This document shows, piece by piece, positions 1 to 9,470 of a DNA stretch of 24,000 nt; the stretch's first letter is position 1, and each line of letters opens with the position of its first letter. This stretch comes from Phreatobacter stygius (GTDB lineage: Bacteria; Pseudomonadota; Alphaproteobacteria; Rhizobiales; Phreatobacteraceae). Made by a program: the position numbers and the translations under genes. The notes beneath the pieces were generated by a model. It was not told where the DNA came from. It saw only the letters and a program-made list of their open reading frames with translations, and searched no databases. The stretch is from assembly GCF_005144885.1 (NCBI RefSeq), contig NZ_CP039690.1, positions 6,226,873-6,250,872 on the forward strand, written 5' to 3'.

Positions 1-1
1 A

Positions 2-778
2 TTGCCGGTCTACCGGCCGGTGGCGGTCAAGGTGGTCTGCGACCGCGGCGAGCGGTTCCGGATCGAGACCGACCACGAAACCTTCTCGGCCCGTGGCCTG
101 ATCAATGCCTCGGGCACCTGGGAAACACCCTATATCCCCGACTATCCGGGCGCCGACCGGTTCAAGGGCCGGCAATTGCACACGCGCGACTACCAGACGG
201 CGGAGGCCTTTGCCGGCAAACATGTCCTGGTGGTTGGCGGCGGCATCTCCGCATTGCAATTGCTCGACGAGATTTCGCGCGTCACCGCCACCACCTGGGT
301 GACCCGTCGCGAACCGCAATTTCGCGAGGGCGCGTTCACCCCGGAGGATGGCCGCGCCGCGGTCGCCGCCGTCGAAGACCGGGTCAGGCGCGGCCTGGTG
401 CCCGGTTCCGTCGTCTCGGTGACCGGCATCTTCCTGACACCGGCGCTCAAGGCGGCCCGCGATCGCGGCGCGCTCGACCGCCTGCCCATGTTCAGCGAGA
501 TCACCGAACAGGGCGTGCGCTGGGCCGACGGTACCGAACGGCAGGTCGACGTCATCCTCTGGTGCACCGGGTTTCGCAGCTCGCTCGACCATCTGGCGCC
601 GCTGCGGATCCGCGAGGACAACGGCGGCATCGTCATGTCCGGCCGGCTGGCGACGCAGGTGGCCAAGGATCCGCGCATCCATCTGGTCGGTTATGGCCCG
701 TCCGCTTCGACCATTGGCGCCAACCGGGCCGGCGCCGCCGCCGCGCGCGAGCTGACGGCCCATCTCGGCCTCGCCTGA
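2..778 (+). CDS. FAD/NAD(P)-binding oxidoreductase, flavin-containing-monooxygenase-like (5' end cut by window edge)
   Basis: ORF is open to the window edge. It has the dinucleotide-binding motif VLVVGGGISALQ, the ASGTWETP (ATG-type) motif and the WCTGF region typical of class B flavoprotein monooxygenase-like enzymes. Stop TGA at 776-778. Confidence 0.75.
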   Translation: MPVYRPVAVKVVCDRGERFRIETDHETFSARGLINASGTWETPYIPDYPGADRFKGRQLHTRDYQTAEAFAGKHVLVVGGGISALQLLDEISRVTATTWVTRREPQFREGAFTPEDGRAAVAAVEDRVRRGLVPGSVVSVTGIFLTPALKAARDRGALDRLPMFSEITEQGVRWADGTERQVDVILWCTGFRSSLDHLAPLRIREDNGGIVMSGRLATQVAKDPRIHLVGYGPSASTIGANRAGAAAARELTAHLGLA

Positions 779-998
779 CGCTGGCCCTCAGGGCCCCGTG
801 GGCTCCCGAACGGCCGTGATCCATTCGAAAACGGCATCACTGAAATAAGCTCCGATGCCCTTATGGGGGCGCCCGACCCTCGTTAGCGTGGCTCCAAACG
901 ATCAGTGGAGCACGTCCCATGACCATGACCGATGCGGTTCGGGCTGGCGGATCCCGCAGGCGATCAACGCGGGCGACAATGGTCCGGGGAGACCTCCG

Positions 999-1820
999 GT
1001 GAGTTACCGTTTCGAAGCCGGCCGGATCTATCGCATGCCGACCCATTTCGGCCCGGCGCCGGGACCGCGCCAACTGCCGGAGACCGTCGCGGCCCATCAA
1101 AGGCCCGGCACGCGCCGGCTTTCGGTCAGCGCGCGCTTCCTGACCGACGCCGCCCTGCTGGAGCGGCATCTCCCGGAGGGGTTCACGCTGGCCGGCGAGC
1201 CGGTCGTCAGCGTCGAATTCCATCACATGACCGAAATCGACTGGCTGGCCGGGCGAGGTTACACGATGGTTCATGTCGGCTGGCCCGCGACCTTTGCCGG
1301 CCGGCGGGACCAGGCGACCGGCAAGTTCCTGGCGGTGGTCTGGGAAAATCTCGCCGACCCGATCATCACCGGCCGCGACGAGATCGGCCACCCGAAACTT
1401 TATGCCGAGATCCAGGAGCCGCGATCCTGGGATGGCGCGCAGCTCTGCGCCGCCGACTGGATGGGGTTCCGCTTCCTCGACCTGGCGGTTGCCGATCTTG
1501 GCGACGCAGCGCTGGAGCCGGAGACCACCGGATCGGAGGGAACATTGATGCTCAAATATGTTCCACGCACCGGCGATTGGGGCGAGGCGGATCTCTTCCA
1601 GGTCACGCTCTCGCCGATCGCCGACCCGGAGCTGCGCGTCGAGCGGCGCCAGGCCGGCGCCGGCTCCGTGCGCTTTCACCAGGCGAGCTGGGCCGACCTG
1701 CCGACCATGCATCACGTGGTCAACGCCCTGGCGGCCTTGCCGGTGATCGAGCCGCGCGGCGGCTCGGTGACGCTGGCGCGTGGCGGCAAGGCCTTCCGTG
1801 ATCAGCGGGTGCTTGTCTAG
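999..1820 (+). CDS. acetoacetate decarboxylase (ADC) family-like protein
   Basis: The ORF runs 855-1820. I prefer the GTG start at 999, preceded by GGGGAG at 986-991. SYRFEAGRIYRMPTHFGP at the N-terminus and the ~270-aa length recall ADC-family proteins; this family call is from memory only. GC3 is strongly biased in this frame, and the antisense 355-aa ORF is a shadow. Confidence 0.6.
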   Translation: MSYRFEAGRIYRMPTHFGPAPGPRQLPETVAAHQRPGTRRLSVSARFLTDAALLERHLPEGFTLAGEPVVSVEFHHMTEIDWLAGRGYTMVHVGWPATFAGRRDQATGKFLAVVWENLADPIITGRDEIGHPKLYAEIQEPRSWDGAQLCAADWMGFRFLDLAVADLGDAALEPETTGSEGTLMLKYVPRTGDWGEADLFQVTLSPIADPELRVERRQAGAGSVRFHQASWADLPTMHHVVNALAALPVIEPRGGSVTLARGGKAFRDQRVLV

Positions 1821-1967
1821 GCAGGCTCTGGAAGGCGCCTGTCGATCGGCCTGGCCGAAATCGTCTGCCGGCGCCACCCGCCAGGACGCCGCGGCCATGG
1901 CGGGCCAGCGGGTTGGACCGCGATGCACCGCAGCGCTGAATCGCTGAATTGTCCTTAATTGCTCCTA

Positions 1968-1996
1968 TTGACTCCCATAATTGGGAAGAATAGAGA
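1968..1996 (+). promoter_or_regulatory. candidate sigma-70-type promoter (TTGACT-N17-TAGAGA) for the HTH gene, possibly giving a leaderless or near-leaderless mRNA
   Basis: AT-rich island in otherwise GC-rich DNA. TTGACT at 1968-1973, a 17-nt spacer and TAGAGA at 1991-1996 lie only 6 nt before the ATG at 2003. No clear SD. Confidence 0.3.
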
Positions 1997-2002
1997 GCAT
2001 TT

Positions 2003-2425
2003 ATGACTGAGGAGCTCTTCACCGTCGAGCGCGCCGCGGAACGGCTGCGACTGCATCCCAAGACTGTCCTGCGCTTCATCCGCGACGGCCGATTGCGGGC
2101 GACCCGGGTCGGCAAGGCCTATCGGATTCTGCGCTCCGATCTTGATGCGCTTGTTGGCGCAGCGATGCCGCGGGGCGATGACCGGCCCCGGCCGCGCGCG
2201 ACAAGCATTGTCGATGTTCCCGGCGTGGCCGTCGACGAGGCCGCGCGGATCGCCACGGCCTTGCAGGCCATGCTGATGTCGCAAACGGCACGGCCCGAAC
2301 CGATTCATCTCGACACGGCCTACGATCCGGCGCGCCGGCATCTCAAGGTCGTCATCATCGCCGCCCCGGAGGATGCCGCGGTGCTGCTGGACTTTTTGCA
2401 ACGACTGGCCGGGCCCACGACATGA
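2003..2425 (+). CDS. helix-turn-helix DNA-binding protein (excisionase/MerR-like HTH_17 N-terminus, uncharacterised C-terminal domain)
   Basis: N-terminal FTVERAAERLRLHPKTVLRFIRDGRLRATRVGKAYRILRSDLDALV matches the excisionase-type HTH pattern. Its stop overlaps the next start (ATGA at 2422-2425). Confidence 0.7.
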   Translation: MTEELFTVERAAERLRLHPKTVLRFIRDGRLRATRVGKAYRILRSDLDALVGAAMPRGDDRPRPRATSIVDVPGVAVDEAARIATALQAMLMSQTARPEPIHLDTAYDPARRHLKVVIIAAPEDAAVLLDFLQRLAGPTT

Positions 2426-3282
2426 ACGCAATCTACAAGTCGGACGCGGCAGGCCACGCCGTCAGGGAAAAATACCGCGAAGTGCTCGGGGCGTGGCCGG
2501 TGCCGGCCCGGCAATTCACCGTGCCGACCCGGGCGGGCGACACTTTCGTGGTGGCATGCGGGCCCGAGGGGGCGCCACCTCTGCTGCTGTTCCACGGCTC
2601 CCAGGCCAATTCGAGCGTCTACATGTTCGATATCCTGTCGTGGTCGCGCCGCTTCAGGGTCTACGCCATCGACATGATCGGCGAGCCCGGTCTCAGCGCG
2701 CCGTCGCGACCACCACTCGATGGCGAGGCGCATGCCCTTTGGCTCGACGACGTCATCGCGGCACTCGGCCTTGACCAGGTGATGATCGTCGGCATGTCGC
2801 TCGGCGGATGGCTGGCGCTCGACCATGCGGCCAGGCGGCCTGGCCGGGTCACGCGGCTGGCGCTGCTGTGCCCGGCGGGCATTGGCCGCCAGAAGAATTT
2901 CCTGCTCAAGGTCCTGCCGCTGCTTCTGCTCGGCCCCTGGGGGGTGCGCAAGACCCGCGAGATGGTCATGGGACCCGTGCGCGAGGTCGCGCCCGAAGCC
3001 AGGCCGCTGGTCGACCTCGTGCAGCTGATCGGCAGGTCGGCGCGGCCGCGCATGGTCCAAATTCCACGCCTGTCCGATGACGAACTGGGCAAGCTGCCGC
3101 CGACCCTGGTCATTGCCGGCGGTCGCGACGTGCTGATCGATTCCGGCGACACATGCCGGCGGCTGGCGCGGTTCGCACCAAGCGCATGCGTCAAGTTCGA
3201 CCCTGACGCCCGCCACTACATTCCCGACCAGGCCGCCACGATCTTGGCGTTTCTCGAAGAGGGCATCGCCAGGCCTGCTTGA
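2422..3282 (+). CDS. alpha/beta hydrolase
   Basis: LLLFHGSQAN oxyanion region and nucleophile elbow GMSLGG; ~286 aa. Translationally coupled to the upstream HTH gene. Confidence 0.85.
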   Translation: MNAIYKSDAAGHAVREKYREVLGAWPVPARQFTVPTRAGDTFVVACGPEGAPPLLLFHGSQANSSVYMFDILSWSRRFRVYAIDMIGEPGLSAPSRPPLDGEAHALWLDDVIAALGLDQVMIVGMSLGGWLALDHAARRPGRVTRLALLCPAGIGRQKNFLLKVLPLLLLGPWGVRKTREMVMGPVREVAPEARPLVDLVQLIGRSARPRMVQIPRLSDDELGKLPPTLVIAGGRDVLIDSGDTCRRLARFAPSACVKFDPDARHYIPDQAATILAFLEEGIARPA

Positions 3283-3299
3283 AGGGCTTCGCCCGGCGC

Positions 3300-4232
3300 T
3301 CAGCCTGTCGGGCGAAAATGCCCGGGGGCGTGTTTGGTGTCGCGCCGCATCAGCCGGCGCAGCGTCGACGGTTCGGCATAACCGACCTGGCGGGCGATCT
3401 CGTCGACGGAGAGGCGCGTGGTCTCCAGGAGATAGCGTGCCGTCTCGATCCTGATCCGTTGCACGAACTGAATCGGCGGGACGCCGCAGGTCGCCGCGAT
3501 GCGCCGGGCGAAGGTCCGGGGCGCCAGGGCGACGACGGCGGCGAGCTCCTCCATGGTGAAGTCGCGGGCGATGTTCTCGCGCACCCAGCTTTCGGCCTTG
3601 GCGATCTTCGGGTCCTGGCCGGCGAGATAGGTCATCGCCATGAACGGCGCCTGGGACCGCCGCTCGTCGAGCAGCAGAGTGTTGGCGCAGGCCTTGGCCA
3701 GGCTCGGGCCGGCGAACTGCGCCACCACGGCCAGCATCAGGTCCATTTGCGCCATTGCCGCGCCGCCGGTGGCGATCGGCCAATCCGCCACCACCATCTG
3801 GTCGGCGACCAGCTCGACTTTCGGGTAGCGGCGCCGGAACACCGGCGCGAACCACCATGTCGTGGTGGCCCTGCGGCCATCGAGCAGCCCGGCTTCGGCC
3901 AGCAGGAAAGTGCTGGCGCAGGACGCGGCGAGCATGGCGCCGCGGTCGAAGGCCTCGACCAGCATGCGGGCCGCGCGCCGGCAGGCCGGGCCTTGCAATT
4001 TCGCCTCGAGATCATCAGCCGAACCGGCGCCAAGGCCGGGGACGATGATCAGTTCGGCGCCGCTCATTTCGCCGCTGGCCCGGCTCGGCCCGCAGCGCAC
4101 CCGCGTGACCTCGAAGGGCAAGGCGCGCCTTGCCGCCGCGCTGATCTGGTTGGCGGTTGCCAGCACGTCATGGCTGATCGCCGCGCTCGACGCCAGGCAG
4201 CCATGGAGTTCGAGAACGGCAATCGTCGTCAT
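3300..4232 (-). CDS. GlxA-family transcriptional regulator (DJ-1/PfpI-like domain + AraC-type HTH)
   Basis: The ORF 3300-4388 is trimmed to the ATG at 4232 (MTTIAVLELHG...). The N-terminal half has the LAASCASTFLLAEAGLLDGRRATTTW motif. The C-terminal AraC HTH reads LAPRTFARRIAATCGVPPIQFVQRIRIETARYLL...VGYAEPSTLRRLMRR. It is divergent from the dienelactone hydrolase gene. Confidence 0.85.
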   Translation of the reverse strand: MTTIAVLELHGCLASSAAISHDVLATANQISAAARRALPFEVTRVRCGPSRASGEMSGAELIIVPGLGAGSADDLEAKLQGPACRRAARMLVEAFDRGAMLAASCASTFLLAEAGLLDGRRATTTWWFAPVFRRRYPKVELVADQMVVADWPIATGGAAMAQMDLMLAVVAQFAGPSLAKACANTLLLDERRSQAPFMAMTYLAGQDPKIAKAESWVRENIARDFTMEELAAVVALAPRTFARRIAATCGVPPIQFVQRIRIETARYLLETTRLSVDEIARQVGYAEPSTLRRLMRRDTKHAPGHFRPTG

Positions 4233-4354
4233 GTCAAAAAAAGCCCGATCAATGTCATTTTCGACACTAGCTGGCGGACCGTCGAAGGGCAAATGTCGGC
4301 GATCGGAAAACGCCCGACGGCGTCGATCCCTTTGGATGATGAGGAGCCTGGCCG

Positions 4355-5182
4355 ATGGCGCAGCCGACCATGAACCAAGACGATCCACTCGATGATTTCG
4401 AACCGCGCCGGATCACCCTCGACGGCGTCACCAAGGTGGTGCACGTGACCGGGTCCGGCCCGGCGGTGATCGTCATGACCGAAATGCCCGGCATCAGCCC
4501 GCATGTCGCGCGGTTCAGCCGCTGGGTCCGGGATGCCGGCTTTACCGCCTACATGCCTTCGCTGTTCGGCCGTGACGGCGCCGTGCCGACGGCGGAAGAG
4601 GGCGGGGCGGTGTTCAAGCGGGCCTGCGTCAGCGCCGAATTCCGCGCCTTCGCCGGTACCGGGTCGAGCCCGGTGACCCAGTGGCTGCGGGCGCTGGCGC
4701 GACAGGCGCACGCGGAATGCGGCGGCCCTGGCGTCGGCGCGATCGGCATGTGTTTCACCGGCAATTTCGCTTTGACCATGATGCTCGAGCCGTCGGTGCT
4801 GGCGCCGGTCGTGTCGCAGCCGTCGTTGCCCTTGGATGATCCCGCCGGCACCGGCATTGCCGGTGACGAACTGCTGGCGGTGCGCCGGCGCCTCGAGCGC
4901 GACGATCTGACGGTCCTGGCCTATCGCTTCGAGGGCGATCAGTTCTGCCGGACGCAGCGCTTCGCCGCCTTCGCCGAGGCGCTCGGCGACCGCTTCATCC
5001 CCCGCGTGCTGCCCGACAGCGCGGCCCATGGTGAGCCGCCGCCGTTCTTCCAGCGTTATGTCGCATGCCCGCACAGCGTGGTGACGGCGCATCTGATCGA
5101 CGAGGCGGGTCAACCGACCATCGGGGCGCGCGACGAAATCCTGGCGTTCTTCACGCGGAGGCTGTCGTCACCGCAGAGGTGA
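4355..5182 (+). CDS. dienelactone hydrolase family protein
   Basis: SD GAGGAG at 4341-4346. AVIVMTEMPGISPHV and the Cys-nucleophile elbow GMCFTGNFAL are typical of dienelactone hydrolases. Confidence 0.8.
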   Translation: MAQPTMNQDDPLDDFEPRRITLDGVTKVVHVTGSGPAVIVMTEMPGISPHVARFSRWVRDAGFTAYMPSLFGRDGAVPTAEEGGAVFKRACVSAEFRAFAGTGSSPVTQWLRALARQAHAECGGPGVGAIGMCFTGNFALTMMLEPSVLAPVVSQPSLPLDDPAGTGIAGDELLAVRRRLERDDLTVLAYRFEGDQFCRTQRFAAFAEALGDRFIPRVLPDSAAHGEPPPFFQRYVACPHSVVTAHLIDEAGQPTIGARDEILAFFTRRLSSPQR

Positions 5183-5216
5183 CGACAGCGGTCATGGCCG
5201 CCTTGGCTCGGCTGCG

Positions 5217-6026
5217 TCAGTCTTGCGCCGGCGCTGCCGCGGCGGCGCCTTTCAGGTGCAGCGCGAAGCCGGTCACACCCGGATCGTCCAGGCCCGGACG
5301 GAGCTGAAGGCTCGGGATCAGATAATCGCCGCCATTCTGCCGCCGATAGGCGATCGGCGGTGTGGTCGCGAGTGTCCGCATCCTCTCGCGCAGGCGCTCG
5401 GCGGTCGCCTCGAAGCCGGCCTCGTCGAGCCGATCGACCCGGTAGGCGACGAATGGCGGCAGCACGTCGTAACCGGGATAATAGAGGATGCCGTGATTGA
5501 TCGGGAACAGGAGGTCGTCGATCGGCCCGTTGACCCCGCGGGCGGCGTAATGCTCTTCCCAGCCGCCGGTGGTCACCAGCAGCATGGCGCGCTTGCCGGC
5601 CAGCGTTCCCTCACCGAAGCGGTCGCCCCAATGGCTGTCGCTGTGCTCGCCGACGCCATAAGCGAAGCCATAGGCATAGACCCGGTCGACCCAGCCCTTG
5701 AGGATCGCCGGCATGGTGTACCACCAGAGCGGAAACTGCAGGATCAGGACATCGGCCCATAGCAGCTTCTCAATCTCGGCCTGGACGTCGTCGGTCAAGG
5801 CATCCGCGGCAAAAGCCTCTCCCGAGGCCCTCACCGGCGTGAACCGCGCGTCCGGCGCGAGCGAGGGAAAGTCGGCGCGATCGACCTCGGATTTCCAGCC
5901 GCTGGCATAGAGATCCGACACCAGCACCTCGTGGCCCTGGGCCGTGAGCTCCTTGATGGCGACGTCGCGCAGCGCGCCGTTGAGCGAACGTGGTTCGGGA
6001 TGAGCGAAAACGAGCAGAACTTTCAT
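5217..6026 (-). CDS. NAD(P)H-dependent (quinone) oxidoreductase, flavodoxin-like fold
   Basis: The ORF 5217-6293 is trimmed to the ATG at 6026 (MKVLLVFAHPEPRSLNGAL...), the hallmark N-terminus of Flavodoxin_2/NQO1-like reductases. PLWWYTMPAILKGWVDRV is also present. Confidence 0.85.
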   Translation of the reverse strand: MKVLLVFAHPEPRSLNGALRDVAIKELTAQGHEVLVSDLYASGWKSEVDRADFPSLAPDARFTPVRASGEAFAADALTDDVQAEIEKLLWADVLILQFPLWWYTMPAILKGWVDRVYAYGFAYGVGEHSDSHWGDRFGEGTLAGKRAMLLVTTGGWEEHYAARGVNGPIDDLLFPINHGILYYPGYDVLPPFVAYRVDRLDEAGFEATAERLRERMRTLATTPPIAYRRQNGGDYLIPSLQLRPGLDDPGVTGFALHLKGAAAAAPAQD

Positions 6027-6123
6027 GGGGTCAGCGATCCTGTGTGGGAGAAACCGACCCTTCAGGTAGCCAATGCCGGCATGATCCACTACCTGTCGAT
6101 AATGGATAGGATTGTGCCGAAGA

Positions 6124-7050
6124 ATGGATAGGTCCGACATCACCCTCGAACGGATGCGGACCTTCATCCGCGTCGCCGAGCGCGGCAGCCTGTCGGCGGT
6201 CGCGCGCGAACTCGGCATCGGCCAGTCGACGGTCACGCGGCATTTGCGCGAGCTCGAGGAGGCCGTCGGCGTGCCCTTGCTCACCAGGACCACCCGGCGT
6301 GTCGCGATGACCGATGAAGGCAGCCGCTATTATGCCGACAGCGTCCAGATCCTGCGCCTCGTCGAGCAGGCCGGCGACGAGGCGCGCGGCACGCGCGGCG
6401 CGCCGGCCGGCATGATCCGGCTTTCCTGCACGGCGGCTTTCGGGGTCTTGCACGTAAGCCGGTTGATCTTCGCGTTCCAGGACCGTTGTCCCGACATCGG
6501 GATCGACCTCAGCCTTGCCGACGAGCGCGTCGACCTTGTCCGCGAGGGTGTCGACATCGCGCTGCGCCTGGGCCCGCTCGCCGACAGCTCGATGAAGCTC
6601 AGGGCTCTCGGCCAGAGCCGGCGCCTCCTGGTGGCCGCGCCGGATTATCTGGCGGCGCGCGGCCGGCCGGTCGTCCCGCAGGATCTGGCGCGCCATGAGG
6701 CCATCAGGATGTCGAACGTCGCCGGCAGCGATGTCATCACCTTGCTGGGGCCAGGCGGCGACGCCCATGCCGTGCCGTTCCACGGGCGCTTTCGGGTCGA
6801 CCATGGGCTCGGCGCGCGCGAGGCGCTTGTCGCCGGGCGCGGCATCGCGCCCGCCCATCGATGGCTGGTCGACGATCTCCTGGCGGCCGGCCGGCTCGAG
6901 GCGGTCTTGTCCGACTATGCGCTGCCGTCGGTGCCGCTCAGCATGCTGATTGTCCCGGAGCGCGCCGGCATTGCCCGGGTCCGGCTGCTGATCGACTTCC
7001 TCGCCGAGCAGATCGGCGCCATCCCCGGGATCGACAAGCCCAGGCCCTAG
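6124..7050 (+). CDS. LysR-family transcriptional regulator
   Basis: N-terminal HTH is LERMRTFIRVAERGSLSAVARELGIGQSTVTRHLRELEEAVGVPLLTRTTRRVAMTDEG; ~308 aa. It is divergent from the oxidoreductase gene, the classic LysR arrangement. An alternative start lies at 6112. Confidence 0.9.
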   Translation: MDRSDITLERMRTFIRVAERGSLSAVARELGIGQSTVTRHLRELEEAVGVPLLTRTTRRVAMTDEGSRYYADSVQILRLVEQAGDEARGTRGAPAGMIRLSCTAAFGVLHVSRLIFAFQDRCPDIGIDLSLADERVDLVREGVDIALRLGPLADSSMKLRALGQSRRLLVAAPDYLAARGRPVVPQDLARHEAIRMSNVAGSDVITLLGPGGDAHAVPFHGRFRVDHGLGAREALVAGRGIAPAHRWLVDDLLAAGRLEAVLSDYALPSVPLSMLIVPERAGIARVRLLIDFLAEQIGAIPGIDKPRP

Positions 7051-7153
7051 CCGGCGGCGCCAGGCTTCGGCCGGATGGCGCCGGGCCAGGACGGCCGGCG
7101 GGACTGTTGTGCCGGGCGCCGGCCTTCCTATCTGAGCCCTGGACGGCAGGCCG

Positions 7154-7975
7154 ATGGGGACCAGCATGGAGATCCGCGACGACGACCTCGTCAGGTTCGC
7201 GGCGGAGGGCGCCGCGCCCTTGCCGGTCGCCGATCTGCAAGGCGAGCTCGAACATGATGGCGCGCGGATCTGGTACGCGGCCCATGGCAGCGGCCCGCCG
7301 GTGATCATGCTGCATGGCGGCCTCGGCCATAGCGGCAATTGGGGCTATCAGCTGCCGGCCGTGCTGAACGCCGGCTACCGCGCCGTTCTCATCGACAGCC
7401 GCGGCCACGGCCACAGCACGCGCGACATCAGGCCGTTCACTTACCAGTTGATGGCCTCCGATGTCCTGGCCGTGATGGATGCCTTGGACCTGGACCGAGC
7501 CGCGGTCGTCGGCTGGAGCGATGGCGCCTGCACCGCCCTGATCCTCGCCATGCAGGCGCCGGCCCGGGTAACCGGCGTCTTTTTCTTCGGCTGCAACATG
7601 GATCCGAGCGGGACCAGGGCGATGACCGAGCCGAACCCCGTCGTCGGCAGGTGCTTTGCGCGCCATGCCAGGGATTATGCGGAGCTCTCCGCCACGTCGG
7701 ACCAGTTCCAGGCCTTTGTCGGGGCGGTCGGATTGATGATGAGGACGGAGCCCAATTATGCGGCGCCGGATCTGGCCGGCATCGGCGTGCCGGTGCGGAT
7801 CGTGCAAAGCGAGCATGACGAATTCATCACATCCGAACACGCGGAATACCTGGCTCGGACCATTCCCGGCGCGGACCTGGTGGTGCTGCCCGACGTCAGC
7901 CATTTCGCGCCGCTGCAGCGGCCGCAACAATTCAACGCCGCAATGCTGGCATTCCTTGGCAAGATCAGTCCTTGA
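7154..7975 (+). CDS. alpha/beta hydrolase
   Basis: VIMLHGGLGHSGNW and nucleophile elbow GWSDGA, with a C-terminal SHF(AP) His region. The large antisense ORFs overlapping it are shadows. Confidence 0.85.
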   Translation: MGTSMEIRDDDLVRFAAEGAAPLPVADLQGELEHDGARIWYAAHGSGPPVIMLHGGLGHSGNWGYQLPAVLNAGYRAVLIDSRGHGHSTRDIRPFTYQLMASDVLAVMDALDLDRAAVVGWSDGACTALILAMQAPARVTGVFFFGCNMDPSGTRAMTEPNPVVGRCFARHARDYAELSATSDQFQAFVGAVGLMMRTEPNYAAPDLAGIGVPVRIVQSEHDEFITSEHAEYLARTIPGADLVVLPDVSHFAPLQRPQQFNAAMLAFLGKISP

Positions 7976-7996
7976 GGCAAAACCGGTGATCTCGAC

Positions 7997-8890
7997 ATGA
8001 CGATCTTCGTGACCGGAGCCACGGGCTATATTGGCGGGTCGATCGCCGCCCGGCTGATCGCCGAGGGCAGCGAGGTCCGCGGCCTCGTGCGCAGCGCGGA
8101 CAAGGCCGGGCTCCTGGCCGCGGCCGGGGTGACGCCGGTGCTGGGCGACCTTGATGATGCCGCGCTTCTGACGCGCGAGGCGCGCGCCGCGTCGGGCGTG
8201 GTCAACGCCGCCAGCAGCGACCATCGCGCTGCGCTGGAGGCCTTGATCGAGGGGCTTGCCGGATCGGGCAAGCCTCTGCTGCACACGAGCGGCTCCAGCG
8301 TGGTCGCCGACAATGCCCGCGGCGACTTTGCCTCGGACATGATCCTCGACGACGATACGCCCTTCACGCCGGAGCCCGGCAAGGCGGCGCGGGCCGCCAT
8401 CGATCGGTTGGTGCGCGCGGCCGCCGATCGTGGTGTCCGGTCGGCCGTCCTGTGCAACACGATGATCTACGGTGTCGGCCAAGGCCTGCACCGGGACAGC
8501 GTGCAGGTGCCCCGGCTGATCGCCCAGGCGCGCCGCAGCGGCATCGTCCGTCATGTCGGGCAGGGCGCCAATATCTGGTCCAACGTCCACATTGACGACC
8601 TCGTGGATCTCTATCTCGCGGCCCTGGCGCAGGCGCCGGCGGGCTCGTTCTATTTCGTCGAAAACGGCGAAGCATCGTTCAGGCACATTGCCGAAGCGAT
8701 CAGCCGCCGGCTGGGCCTCGGGCCGCCGCAAGCCTGGTCGGTCGAAGACGCGGCCGGCGAGTGGGGTTATCTCCAGGCCGTCTATACGTTCGGCTCGAAC
8801 AGCCGTGTCAGGGGCGTGCGGGCGCGCGGCGAACTCGGCTGGCGACCGAGGCACGGTTCGCTGACCGAATGGATCGAGCGCGAGGCCTGA
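7997..8890 (+). CDS. NAD-dependent epimerase/dehydratase family (extended SDR) protein
   Basis: N-terminal Rossmann motif MTIFVTGATGYIGGSIAARL; ~297 aa. Confidence 0.85.
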   Translation: MTIFVTGATGYIGGSIAARLIAEGSEVRGLVRSADKAGLLAAAGVTPVLGDLDDAALLTREARAASGVVNAASSDHRAALEALIEGLAGSGKPLLHTSGSSVVADNARGDFASDMILDDDTPFTPEPGKAARAAIDRLVRAAADRGVRSAVLCNTMIYGVGQGLHRDSVQVPRLIAQARRSGIVRHVGQGANIWSNVHIDDLVDLYLAALAQAPAGSFYFVENGEASFRHIAEAISRRLGLGPPQAWSVEDAAGEWGYLQAVYTFGSNSRVRGVRARGELGWRPRHGSLTEWIEREA

Positions 8891-9399
8891 CCGCGCAAGG
8901 GTAGGGGAGCCCGGACCGACGGGCGTTGTCGGGCCGCGACCGGCGCCGGCCTGCCGCCGAGGTCGGGCAAGGGCGCTAAGCCACCAAGCCGGGCCGCGAC
9001 GCCGGCAGGCGGATTTGCTAGACTGCCGCGCCTTGCGGGATAGGCAGCTTTGCCCGGCTTCCAGCCGGCGATGGCGGCGTCCAGGCCATGTCGAATTCCG
9101 CCAAGCCATCTGTCCGGCATGCCCATCATCAGGGGAAATGCCGGTTCGGCGATCCGGCGGTGTTCCGTCGATTCCGCCGGATGCGCGATTTCGCCTGATC
9201 CGGCAATTTCCTTGAGCCCGCCGGGCGGCAACGGCTGCCGGGACGGACGACGGCGCCGTGCCGAACCCGGGCGAAGCGACGGGTGTGCCGCCGGCAACGG
9301 CCGGGCAGGGGCTGTTTTTCGCAATCTAGGCGAGTATTTGCAGCGTTCACGCCAATCTTCGTCGTGGCGCCGTCCCTAGGGTGAATGCGTTCCGGGCCG

Positions 9400-9414
9400 G
9401 CAACTGAAAGTTGC
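9400..9414. promoter_or_regulatory. perfect 6-3-6 palindrome GCAACT-GAA-AGTTGC, 57 nt upstream of the first reb start (candidate operator or 5'-UTR hairpin)
   Basis: Read directly from the sequence. It follows a locally AT-rich stretch (9311-9367) inside a 580-nt non-coding gap. Confidence 0.3.
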
Positions 9415-9470
9415 TTCCGGGGCTCGCCGGCTGCATCGGCGGGGGCACACTCAGCACGCGAGGAGAGGCA

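Noticed and set aside
6938-9109. 723-aa minus-strand ORF. Similar giant antisense ORFs are 2320-3858, 6031-7338, 861-1928, 3279-4373 (+) and 4229-5113.
   Set aside because: The translations are Arg/Pro/Gly/Ala-rich low-complexity strings with no motifs. They lie antisense to, or out of frame with, genes that have clear family signatures. These are typical shadow ORFs of high-GC DNA.
9396-9416. Sigma-54-type promoter (GG...TTGC) upstream of the reb array: cGGCAActgaaagTTGCT. Also GG/GC pairs at about 9441-9455, 19472-19488 and 19686-19702.
   Set aside because: The GG to GC spacing is 12 nt, or 8-9 nt at the other sites, rather than the strict 10 nt. The site at 9441 would leave no room for the SD. 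The neighbouring AAA+ regulator lacks the sigma-54 contact loop anyway.
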